Both the position numbers and the translations under genes were made by a program. The notes under the pieces are model-generated. The model did not search any database and was not told where the DNA came from. It was given only the letters and a program-made list of their open reading frames with translations. From positions 1 to 38,972 of IMG/VR virus record IMGVR_UViG_3300020138_000014: 38,972 nucleotides of DNA; one strand, 5' to 3'. Positions 1 through 7,641 of the stretch are shown piece by piece; positions within the stretch are counted from its first letter, which is position 1; every line of letters begins with the position of its first letter. The DNA is from a virus (Duplodnaviria; Caudoviricetes).

Positions 1-25
1 CCACCAACCGCGCGCCAGCGCCGCC

Positions 26-67
26 TGTAGCGGCGCGCGATAAATCCGGGCGCCGGGTGAGATAAAT
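26..67 (+). repeat. Phage end with two transposase-binding sites
   Basis: TGTAGCGGCGCGCGATAAAT...GTGAGATAAAT; GCGATA at 37-42 and GAGATA at 59-64, 22 bp apart, same register as the other end. Confidence 0.8.
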
Positions 68-120
68 GGGCCGCGGCGCGGATTGCGTGTCGTGCAATGA
101 AATTGCACCGGATGCCGGCT

Positions 121-141
121 CTGACCCCGCGCCGGGGTCAG
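121..141 (-). terminator. Hairpin at the end of the acr-like operon
   Basis: CTGACCCC-GCGCC-GGGGTCAG perfect 8-bp stem overlapping the stop of ORF 138-344; no clear U-tract. Confidence 0.4.
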
Positions 142-344
142 GGCTTTCCGGCCCCGCCCACAGCCGGGGCCGCCTTGATCGCGTGCTCCAGGGCGGCCCG
201 GATCGAGCCGTGCAGTTCGACCAGGGCGTCGAGCCGGGCCAGCGCCGCCGGGTCGCGCAGGACGACGGCAATCTGCCGGCCAGACTCGCGGTAGCGGGCC
301 TGCCGTTCGGCTGCGGGCACCGGGCCGAGCCAAGGGCGGGTCAT
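138..344 (-). CDS. Small ribbon-helix-helix-like DNA-binding protein (Aca-like candidate)
   Basis: MTRPWLGPVPAAERQARYRESGRQIAVVLRDPAALARLDALVE...; ATGA overlap with the upstream gene; AERQARYR followed by a strand and two helices. Confidence 0.6.
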   Translation of the reverse strand: MTRPWLGPVPAAERQARYRESGRQIAVVLRDPAALARLDALVELHGSIRAALEHAIKAAPAVGGAGKP

Positions 345-1405
345 CGGACGGGCCTCACTGTCGCCGGCAGGTCGTCGACGTCGTCGACGTTGACCGGGAT
401 CGGCGGCATCCACCGCAGCTCGCGCCGGCGGTCGGCCGCGTTGATCGGTGCGCCGTCGTCGCGGACGCGCGGGCCGCTGACGATCGTGTGCCAGTGCGCG
501 CGGCGGACGTGCGGGCGGACGTGGCGTCCGGTCGGCGCCGCGTCGCCGCCGGTCTCCTCGCGCGCGTAGGCGGCGCGCAGGGCGGCGCCCATGCGGGTGC
601 CGACGTCCCATACCACCGGGCCCGCGGCGGGGAACAGCCGCCACCCGCGAGAGCCCAGGCGCTTCGGCTCCGGGTTGGCCGGCATCGCGGCCTGTCCGCG
701 CCGGCTGAAATCGTTGCTGCTGGCGATGTAGAGCAGCAGGTTGAGGATCGGCCGCAGGTAGCTCAGGACGGCGTCGACGGCGCCGGCCGGCGCCGCCCCC
801 CACTCGCTGAATATCGCCCGGACGCCCGCGTCGACAGTCCCGGACAGCGGCAGATGCTGGTGCGCCATCGCGTCATCGCCCACTACGTTGAGCGCCACCG
901 CCAGCACGCGGCCGTGGACCGGGGCGATGTCCTGCCGCGCCCACGCGCCCAGCACGTCCACCTCGCCGCCTCCATCCGGCCGCGGCGTGCGCAGCCCGGG
1001 CGTCTCGACGTACACGCACCATTCCGGCAGCGCCTCCAGCGCGTGCGCGGGGATCTCGCCCTCCAGCGGCGTCTCCACCACCGCGTCGTACACCGCGGGG
1101 TCGACGCGGTAGATGCCCTGTGTCATGCGCCACGCCGCCATCGTGCTGAGCGGGTCGATCACGCGGGCCAGGCCCAGCGGCCCCTGCCGGTACAGCTCGG
1201 CCATTGCCGCGGGCCCGACGGCGCGCACGAGCGCATCGGGCAGAACATCGGCCAGCGCGTCGAGCGGGCAGTACACCGACGCGGGCCAGTCGATCCCGCG
1301 CGTGCGGCGATCGTCGATCGCATCGAACGCCCAGCGGCCGTGCCGCGAGACCTCGACCAGGCGCGCGCGCGCCGGATGCGTGTGTCGTTCGAACTGCGCC
1401 ATCAC
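341..1405 (-). CDS. AcrVA2/FinQ-family protein
   Basis: Motifs AWRMTQGIY, LPEWCVYV, RPHVRRAHWH and RWMPPIPVN parallel AcrVA2 (AWRNTLGIY, LPDWCVYV, RPHIRRGHWH, RWQPAVFVN) as recalled. Confidence 0.8.
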   Translation of the reverse strand: MMAQFERHTHPARARLVEVSRHGRWAFDAIDDRRTRGIDWPASVYCPLDALADVLPDALVRAVGPAAMAELYRQGPLGLARVIDPLSTMAAWRMTQGIYRVDPAVYDAVVETPLEGEIPAHALEALPEWCVYVETPGLRTPRPDGGGEVDVLGAWARQDIAPVHGRVLAVALNVVGDDAMAHQHLPLSGTVDAGVRAIFSEWGAAPAGAVDAVLSYLRPILNLLLYIASSNDFSRRGQAAMPANPEPKRLGSRGWRLFPAAGPVVWDVGTRMGAALRAAYAREETGGDAAPTGRHVRPHVRRAHWHTIVSGPRVRDDGAPINAADRRRELRWMPPIPVNVDDVDDLPATVRPVR

Positions 1406-1434
1406 ACCAACCTCAACTCCGTCGGATCACCATC

Positions 1435-1806
1435 TCACGCACAGTCATCGCAGCAGCGGGCCGACGGCGGCAGCGTGCTGAACGGGTAGCCGCCCTTGAC
1501 CCCCACGGTGCCGCAGTGCTGGCACCTGATCGTCTCGCGCCGGGGCGCGGGCGGCGGCACGTTGACCGTGGGCCGCAGGTCGTACCGCACCCCCGCACTG
1601 TAGGCGGCGACGCCGGCACCATCGAGCACGAGCTCGGTGCGATCGAACTGGGTGTCCGGATGCGCGGCGATGGCAGCCACATGCTCATCCGTCAGCGGAA
1701 CGCCCCGCGCGCGCGCCGCCGCGATCAGAGCATCCAGGTCGGGGAACTCCTCCCGGCTCAGGGTTTCGCCGGTCAGCAACTCGGTGCGGGTCAGGGTCCA
1801 GCTCAT
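1435..1806 (-). CDS. Hypothetical protein with C-terminal CxxC...CxxC zinc finger (candidate anti-defence)
   Basis: RBS GGAGA before ATG; CQHC...CCDDC; lies in the acr-like operon. Confidence 0.75.
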   Translation of the reverse strand: MSWTLTRTELLTGETLSREEFPDLDALIAAARARGVPLTDEHVAAIAAHPDTQFDRTELVLDGAGVAAYSAGVRYDLRPTVNVPPPAPRRETIRCQHCGTVGVKGGYPFSTLPPSARCCDDCA

Positions 1807-1819
1807 TGTCGTCTCCAGT

Positions 1820-1852
1820 CGAGGTATCCCGGCTACTCACCGCCGGTGGGTG
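1820..1852 (-). repeat. 33-bp direct repeat, copy 1
   Basis: CACCCACCGGCGGTGAGTAGCCGGGATACCTCG (minus strand), identical to 2108-2140, directly upstream of an RBS. Confidence 0.95.
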
Positions 1853-1879
1853 TGTTGAACTGCCTGTGCGGCAGGAGCG
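1852..1879 (-). ncRNA. Solitary type I-F CRISPR repeat-like unit (Racr candidate)
   Basis: CGCTC-CTGCC-GCACA-GGCAG-TTCAACAC; the 15-nt hairpin at 1860-1874 matches the Cas6f hairpin of I-F repeats (GTTCACTGCCGYAYAGGCAGCTWAGAAA); flanks are divergent. Confidence 0.55.
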
Positions 1880-1884
1880 GGGCA

Positions 1885-2094
1885 TTACCCCCGCGAGCGG
1901 CTGCGCCGCCTTTCCTCGTCCGCATCCATCCTGTCGACCCGCCGGTTGAGCGCGTCGATTTCCGCGGCGGCGGTCTTGATCTTCTTCATGTGTCGATCGC
2001 TGATGAACCCGGTCTTGGCACACTCGGGGCAATGCGCCAGGCCGTTGTCGTAGGGATTCATCGTCGTACCGTTACACACCGGGCATACGTGCAT
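1885..2094 (-). CDS. Small zinc-ribbon protein (candidate anti-defence)
   Basis: MHVCPVCNG...HCPECAKTG followed by a helical tail; RBS AGGAGA; first gene after the promoter. Confidence 0.75.
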   Translation of the reverse strand: MHVCPVCNGTTMNPYDNGLAHCPECAKTGFISDRHMKKIKTAAAEIDALNRRVDRMDADEERRRSRSRG

Positions 2095-2107
2095 GTCGTT
2101 CTCCTCG

Positions 2108-2140
2108 CGAGGTATCCCGGCTACTCACCGCCGGTGGGTG
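2108..2140 (-). repeat. 33-bp direct repeat, copy 2
   Basis: Identical to 1820-1852; contains a CCGGC-N8-GCCGG hairpin. Confidence 0.95.
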
Positions 2141-2169
2141 CCGGCCGGGGCATTCCCGACCGTGCCGCC

Positions 2170-2198
2170 ACCCTATCACGTCACTAGTAACGATGCAA
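2170..2198 (-). promoter_or_regulatory. Sigma70 promoter with palindromic operator in the spacer
   Basis: TTGCAT-17 bp-TAGGGT; spacer holds CGTTACTAGTGACG (2179-2192), a near-perfect palindrome. Confidence 0.7.
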
Positions 2199-2208
2199 CC
2201 CCTCGCCG

Positions 2209-2385
2209 CTATCGGCCGCCGGACCGCAGCGCGGGCCGGTCGAACGCCGGCTCCCAGGTCGCCAGCAGCTCGTCCTGCGGCCGCTTGACCAGCCGGCCCG
2301 CCGCCACGTCGTCCAGCACGTCGCCCAGCAGTTGCAGGCCCATTGGCCCCAGCTCGCGCCGCCAGAGGCTCTCCGGCGTGTCGGT
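2209..2385 (-). pseudogene. C-terminal remnant of a formyltransferase-like gene
   Basis: TDTPESLWRRELGPMGLQLLGDVLDDVAAGRLVKRPQDELLATWEP resembles the C-terminus of phage Fmt-like proteins; no start codon or RBS; begins abruptly after EPHH of the ATPase gene. Confidence 0.6.
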
Positions 2386-3073
2386 GGTGCGGCTCAAACG
2401 CCGGCCATTGGTGCCTGTCGGTTTGCCACAGCTCGAACGTGATCGGCGGGCGTCGCCGAAGACGCCTCCCGGCCGCGGCGCGCTCGAAAGCGCCCGTGGC
2501 CGTGTCGAAAATCCAGTCCGGCTCGATCCAGTCCAGGATGTCGTAGTGGCAGCTCAGCAGCACCGCCTGGCCATCGCCGCGCCGCCAGGCCTTGGCGAAC
2601 GCCATTGCGCCGATGCGCGCGATCTGCCGGTCCACCACGCTGCTGAACTCATCCACCACCGCGCGCGGCGGCCGCTCCGCGATCAATCGCGCGAGGTCAG
2701 CGCGGAACCGCTCGCCGTTGCTCAGCACGTGGTACGGCCGCAGCCATGCCGGCACCGAGCCCAGGCCCACGGCGGACAGCGCCGCCGGCACCGTGTCGAA
2801 CGATTCGCCCGGCGCGATCGCGTCGATGATCGGCGAGTCCTTCGGCCAGCGCGGCCGCCAGATCGCGCGCGGGCCGAACAGCCGCGCGCCGACGCTGGTC
2901 TTCCCGGAACCGGACGGGCCGACGATCACGCCGACGCGCCAGTCCTGGTCATCGATCGGGAGCTCGGCGGCGAGCGTGAAATTTGCGCCGCTCTCGCAGT
3001 TGAACAGCGACTTCACGCGCGCGGCGCGGTAGCTGTCGAACTCGCTGCAGGTGTGGTGCACGTCGACCCTCAT
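2384..3073 (-). pseudogene. ABC-type ATPase with truncated Mom-like GNAT region (DNA modification module); ORF reads on out of frame to 2072
   Basis: Walker A GPSGSGKT, LSNGERFR signature, Walker B VVDEF, SCH; followed by WPAFEPHH and then low-complexity read-through. Confidence 0.7.
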
Positions 3074-3261
3074 ACCGTCACCACCCTGAGCTTCTTGAAG
3101 CCCGCGCGCTGGAGCCTGGCATACGCCTTCTCCTGCGCCTTTTCGTTGTCACAGATCACGACGATGCCGTACTGCTCGCGGTACCTGTAGCCATTGCGGC
3201 CCGGCGGCGTCTTTCGGCGCGCGTCACAGTTCGCGGCCGTGTTGCTGCTGGTTTTCATCAC
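3070..3261 (-). CDS. Small protein typically preceding the phage ABC ATPase
   Basis: YREQYGIVVICDNEKAQEKAYARLQRAGFKKLRVVTV; ATGA coupling to the ATPase. Confidence 0.7.
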   Translation of the reverse strand: MMKTSSNTAANCDARRKTPPGRNGYRYREQYGIVVICDNEKAQEKAYARLQRAGFKKLRVVTV

Positions 3262-3400
3262 GTCTCAGCCTTTGCGATGTGGATTCGCCAGGCTTGCTGC
3301 ACTCCCGCGGGGGTGGCAGGGCCTTGGCCAACGGCACGCGGCTGATCGCGTGTACTGCGGCACCGGGCCGGCATTGCCGTGCCGGCTCGGGGCCCTGTTC
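3262..3400 (-). promoter_or_regulatory. Structured leader upstream of the DNA-modification module
   Basis: CACGCG-N6-CGCGTG stem (3335-3352), TTGGCCAA palindrome and a GCCGGCA/TGCCCGGC stem; position recalls the D12-methyl RNA motif. Confidence 0.3.
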
Positions 3401-3404
3401 TGTT

Positions 3405-4166
3405 CTAGTGACCGGCGGCAGCTTTAAGCGCTGCGTAGCTCATGCCGGCACCTCCGTTGTAGAGGTAGCTCCACTCGTCGGCCGTGAGCTGCGCGTCGAG
3501 CAGGAAAACCTCGTCGAGGACGCCGTCAGCGAACCACTCATGAAACACGTTGACCATGCGGCGGTTCATGCCCATTCTCACGCCCAGATTGATGTTCGGC
3601 AGGGTAGCCGGTCCGGTGACAGCCGCCCAAGGTCCGTTGTCGATCCTCGCGCGCAGCTCGCCGCCGGGGACAACCTCGCCCTGCAGAAAATGGAAAACAC
3701 CAACACTAGCGGTATTAGTCGTCGGCGCTTGAAACAGCGTTGAACCGTTGCCGGCCATCGCGATCAACTTGCCGTCTGCCCCCAGCCAGAGATTCAGGCG
3801 ACGGTCGTATCCATTGAGGTTCGACCGTAATGCCACGTTAACCAGCGAACAGCCCAGTAGCGACCTGGGCTTGTACCAGCATCCCCAGGTCATCGGCGTA
3901 ACGTTAGTGCGAGCCCCCGGCGGGTCGTTGTCGTAGTACAGCCCCTGTTGGCTGGACGTTTGAAAATCGACGCCGTTGCCGATTTTTCCGGCAGCGAGCG
4001 CCGGGGCGTTCAGTCGGGTGAGCGGTGTCCCGTTGTGAAGCCCCACCAGGTTCCCACCGTCGAGCGCGTCCATGCCCCACCACTCGGCCAACTTCGAGTA
4101 AATGGCCTGGGCAGTCGGATTGACGCTCGACGCCATCATCATCCCCTGCTGCGCCAGCAGGCTCAC
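3405..4166 (-). CDS. LamG/concanavalin A-like jelly-roll protein (probable receptor-binding or tail appendage)
   Basis: WWGMD...GKIGNGVDF...MTWGCWYK...ADGVLDEVFLLDAQLTADEWSYLYNGG LamG pattern; GTG start overlapping the upstream stop (alternative ATG 4142). Confidence 0.7.
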   Translation of the reverse strand: MSLLAQQGMMMASSVNPTAQAIYSKLAEWWGMDALDGGNLVGLHNGTPLTRLNAPALAAGKIGNGVDFQTSSQQGLYYDNDPPGARTNVTPMTWGCWYKPRSLLGCSLVNVALRSNLNGYDRRLNLWLGADGKLIAMAGNGSTLFQAPTTNTASVGVFHFLQGEVVPGGELRARIDNGPWAAVTGPATLPNINLGVRMGMNRRMVNVFHEWFADGVLDEVFLLDAQLTADEWSYLYNGGAGMSYAALKAAAGH

Positions 4167-4990
4167 GACTCGACCCTCGCGCTCGCATTCCACGCGCCGC
4201 CTGCGTTGCGGGTTGTGGCCACGACGAACAGCACGTCCCCGTCGCCGGTCGGCATAGTCGGCGCGGAGGCGCCGTCGCCCCATTCGAAGCCTGCGGGGAA
4301 CGCGAACGTCCACTCGCCGGCGCCCTGCGTCACCCAGAACCCGATCGTGCACACCGCGGGCGCGTTGGTGATCGTCAGCGTCGTGTCCTCCGTGAGCGTC
4401 GTCTGGAAATAGTCGCCGAGGGAGGCATCGAACGCGACTGCGCCGCTTGCGGAGCTGGCCGCGGTCAGCACGTTGCGATCGACGCCCGGCGACGGCACCG
4501 GCTGCTGGATGCAGATCCAGATTGCATCCTCGTCGGCGAACACGCCGCCGCTCGCCTCCAGCACGACGCCCAGCCGGGTGTAGCCCGTCGCCGCAGTCAC
4601 GCTGGTCACCCGCCAGCGCTGCAGCGCCGCGAGCGCATCGGCGTCCGCCGACCCCTGCACGTAGAGAATCCCGCCAATGTCGAGCGCGGCGAGCGCCGTG
4701 GCGATGTCATTGGCGTCGCCGTCGACGTCGCTCACGTACAGCTCGGTCGCTGCATGGGGATCGGCATCGTTCCAGCGCACGCAGCCCGCGCCGGGGTCTG
4801 CGTCGGTCGTCGCCGACAGGTCGGCCTGCGCGTTCGCATCGAGCACCAGGACCGCGCCGCCGAACGGCGCGCCGCTGGCGAGCAGGGGCACATTGCGCAC
4901 GGCGTCGACGCCGCCGCCTTGGTTCATCGGCACGCGCTCGAGCCCAGTGAGCGGGACGTCGGCGGCGGGCATTTGCCAGATCTGGGGCAT
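4163..4990 (-). CDS. Tail fibre or structural protein
   Basis: MPQIWQMPAAD...; C-terminal DASLGDYFQTTLTEDTTLTITN...WGDGASAPT beta module; follows the tail tip gene. Confidence 0.65.
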   Translation of the reverse strand: MPQIWQMPAADVPLTGLERVPMNQGGGVDAVRNVPLLASGAPFGGAVLVLDANAQADLSATTDADPGAGCVRWNDADPHAATELYVSDVDGDANDIATALAALDIGGILYVQGSADADALAALQRWRVTSVTAATGYTRLGVVLEASGGVFADEDAIWICIQQPVPSPGVDRNVLTAASSASGAVAFDASLGDYFQTTLTEDTTLTITNAPAVCTIGFWVTQGAGEWTFAFPAGFEWGDGASAPTMPTGDGDVLFVVATTRNAGGAWNASARVES

Positions 4991-4992
4991 GG

Positions 4993-7641
4993 TCAGCTCA
5001 TCCTGATTGGGTCGTCGGAGTTGTCGGTGATCGGCGCGCCGTGGCCATCGAGGAGCAGAGCTCCCAGCGCTACGACGGCAGCAGCGCGCTGCCAGCTTTC
5101 GAGGCCATCGCGGATGCTGTAGACCTCGATCCGGCTGAGCGCGGCGAGGTCGACGGCGGGCACGGTGTGGGTGGTGCCGGTGATGCCGTCCTGGTAGTGC
5201 GTTTCGGCGTCGGTCGTGACGTCGACGCAGCGGACGATATAGGTGGTGCCCGGCTCCGGCCCGATGCTGGCCATCGCCTGGTCGACCAGCTGGTCGGCCT
5301 GGAGCACGCGATCGCGGTGCGCCCATGCCAGAACAGCATCGCCGACGACAGTTTCCGGGTAGCTCTCGCCGTTGACCTGCAGCCCGGCAGGCGGATACGG
5401 CCGCGCCTGGCGGCCAGCGAACTCGATCGGCATGGCGGTGGCGTCTTCGAGCGCGAGCTGGCGGCTGCCGGTGCGCGGCAGCGGCTTGGCGTCGATCTCC
5501 TCGCCGTCGGTGTACTCCGTGACGTCGGCGGCGACGGCATCGCCGATGACCCACAGTCGCGCGCCGTCCGCGTGCTCGGCGGGCACGGTGTCTGCGCAGC
5601 CGCGGCCGAGGGTAGCAGTCATCGCATCGAGGTCCAGCGCGTCGAGGCGGCACCATTCATCGCCGAGGATGATGGCCTGGCCGACGGCGGCCTGCGCGAG
5701 GTGCGAGGCGTTGGCGAGATTGACGACAGTGGGCCCGGCCTCGCGCGGCACGACGCCGACGACGGTGGCGGTGGGGCACCAGTCGCCGCCGGCGACGCGC
5801 GCGTAGTCGCCGCCGGCGGGCTGCACGTGGAGGCTGTAGTCGATGCCGGCGCCGGGGTCGGCCGCGACCGCGCACAGGTAGCCGACATCGTCGGGCAGCG
5901 CGTCGAGCTCGGCGCGCGGCAGGGCGGCGCACACGTCGACGTAGGGCGCCTCGTAGACCGCCGCGGCGGCGACTGGCAGCGGCGTGTCCGGCGGCCGGGT
6001 GTCGACGCCGTATTCGATCTCGACATAGGCGGCATCGGCGAACCCGTAGACGTGCTGCGTGAGCACCCAGCGGATGGCGCCGCTGCGCAGCGTGCCGCCC
6101 TGTTTCTCGCCGATGATGCAGACCATGTCGTCGATGCCGCGCTTCGGGTCCTGGTAGCGCACGGTCTGGCCGGGATCGATGTGGCGATAGGCCTCGGGCT
6201 CGGTCGCGATCTCCCAGGATCGGGTGGGCGTGATGTACTCGCGCAGCAGGCGCTCGGCGACGCGCGCGGCGAGCGCGCCGGTGGGGATCTCGCGGAACTT
6301 GAACAGCTCCTTGACCTCGCCGAACTGCGCGACGAGCCCGGGCGCGCGCGCCCAGACCGTGAGCGCCTCCTTGCGCTCGACGTCGAAATACTGCACGCCC
6401 ACGACGTTGACAGCGCCGTACAGCGACGAGGGCACCTCGCGCACGGACAGGATGACGCCGTTGGCGTCGGAGAATACCGGCAGGGCTTCGAGGTCGTAGT
6501 CATCGCGCACCAGGTGCAGGCGCCACTTCCCGTCGACGATGCTGCGCTGGAAGCTGCCGCCGATGATGCGGCCGATGCGCTCGCACCAGGCGTCGGGCGT
6601 TTCGTTCGCCGGGTCGTAGATCCAGCACAGGCCGAAGCCCTCGGCATGCAGCCGGTCGGCGGCGGCGCGGAGGTTGGCGTCGTCGATGTTGTCGCGCGAC
6701 TCGCGGCCCTTGTCGCTGTCGTTGCGGACGTAGTACAGGGCGTGGGCGGCGTTCATGGCCACGGCGGCAATACCGCGCCCATAAAACGCGATGCCCGCAA
6801 AAATGTTGGGAGAGCCGCCGGGCACCCCATCAATCACCTGCATCGCTATCGTTGTGCGGCCGGCGACAGAAGCGGTGGCGCGAGAATGAAAATAGCTGAC
6901 GCTCTCCAGAGCGACGGGCGTGCCGTTGAGCCAGAGCCACGCGCCATCATCGTGATAGATGTCGAGGTCCAGCGTGCCGACAAAATCGATCTCCCGGCGG
7001 ATCCAGATTGCCTTTCCGAGCTGGCCGGGGACGGGGGTGCCGATCGTCATCCCTGAACCTGACGGCACCTGGCTGCCGAACGCGCCGTCGCCAACGTCCC
7101 ACCCGCTGTCGTCAACATCGGCCGCCGAATAGTCGGCGCTGCTGCCGGGAGCCTCGACACGGTACTTCCAGGGCCCATCGACGGGGGCCTCGATCGAACT
7201 GAGCGTGATCTCCGCTTTCTCCGGATACCAACACCCCTCCTCATGATCCCAACCCTTGATGATCTTCCGCACCTTGTGCGCCGGCTTGTGCGGGAACGGA
7301 TTCATCGCCCCCCAGCGCCCGCCTTCCCACACCCACGTCAGAAACCCCCGCCACGCTGCCGTCTGGTCGCGGCCGAGGCCGAGGAGGTACGGGCTGGGCA
7401 CCTGCGCGGGCTCGCCGAACATCACATGCGCGGTGCCGCTCACGCCGCCCTGGTCGGACTCGCCGCCGAACAGCTCGGGCTCGTTGACGGTGATCCTGCC
7501 GCTGGCGGTGAGCTCGCCGCGCCAGGCGGTTTTGTCGGCGGCGCGCATCTCGAGGTAGGCGTCGATCTCGCCGATGCCCAGGCAGCTGTGCAGCGCGAGG
7601 CGGTAGTGGTTGCCGACCTTGGTCTTGCTGCTCTTACCCAC
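4993..7641 (-). CDS. Tail tip / central fibre protein (lambda J-like)
   Basis: GTG start MGKSSKTKVGNHY; AWRG...GAMNP, GRGCADTVP and RQARPYPPAGL motifs typical of siphoviral Mu-like tails. Confidence 0.85.
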   Translation of the reverse strand: MGKSSKTKVGNHYRLALHSCLGIGEIDAYLEMRAADKTAWRGELTASGRITVNEPELFGGESDQGGVSGTAHVMFGEPAQVPSPYLLGLGRDQTAAWRGFLTWVWEGGRWGAMNPFPHKPAHKVRKIIKGWDHEEGCWYPEKAEITLSSIEAPVDGPWKYRVEAPGSSADYSAADVDDSGWDVGDGAFGSQVPSGSGMTIGTPVPGQLGKAIWIRREIDFVGTLDLDIYHDDGAWLWLNGTPVALESVSYFHSRATASVAGRTTIAMQVIDGVPGGSPNIFAGIAFYGRGIAAVAMNAAHALYYVRNDSDKGRESRDNIDDANLRAAADRLHAEGFGLCWIYDPANETPDAWCERIGRIIGGSFQRSIVDGKWRLHLVRDDYDLEALPVFSDANGVILSVREVPSSLYGAVNVVGVQYFDVERKEALTVWARAPGLVAQFGEVKELFKFREIPTGALAARVAERLLREYITPTRSWEIATEPEAYRHIDPGQTVRYQDPKRGIDDMVCIIGEKQGGTLRSGAIRWVLTQHVYGFADAAYVEIEYGVDTRPPDTPLPVAAAAVYEAPYVDVCAALPRAELDALPDDVGYLCAVAADPGAGIDYSLHVQPAGGDYARVAGGDWCPTATVVGVVPREAGPTVVNLANASHLAQAAVGQAIILGDEWCRLDALDLDAMTATLGRGCADTVPAEHADGARLWVIGDAVAADVTEYTDGEEIDAKPLPRTGSRQLALEDATAMPIEFAGRQARPYPPAGLQVNGESYPETVVGDAVLAWAHRDRVLQADQLVDQAMASIGPEPGTTYIVRCVDVTTDAETHYQDGITGTTHTVPAVDLAALSRIEVYSIRDGLESWQRAAAVVALGALLLDGHGAPITDNSDDPIRMS

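Noticed and set aside
121-141. TGACCCCG hairpin as the alternative left phage end
   Set aside because: It lacks the GAGATA boxes at positions 12 and 34 that TG(26) has.
1820-2140. CRISPR array formed by the 33-bp repeats
   Set aside because: Only two copies, 255 bp apart with a gene between them; no resemblance to known repeat families and no cas genes.
2072-2383. C-terminal ~100 aa of the 333-aa ATPase ORF as a real domain
   Set aside because: Ala/Gly/Arg-rich off-frame read-through across the formyltransferase remnant, promoter and repeat.
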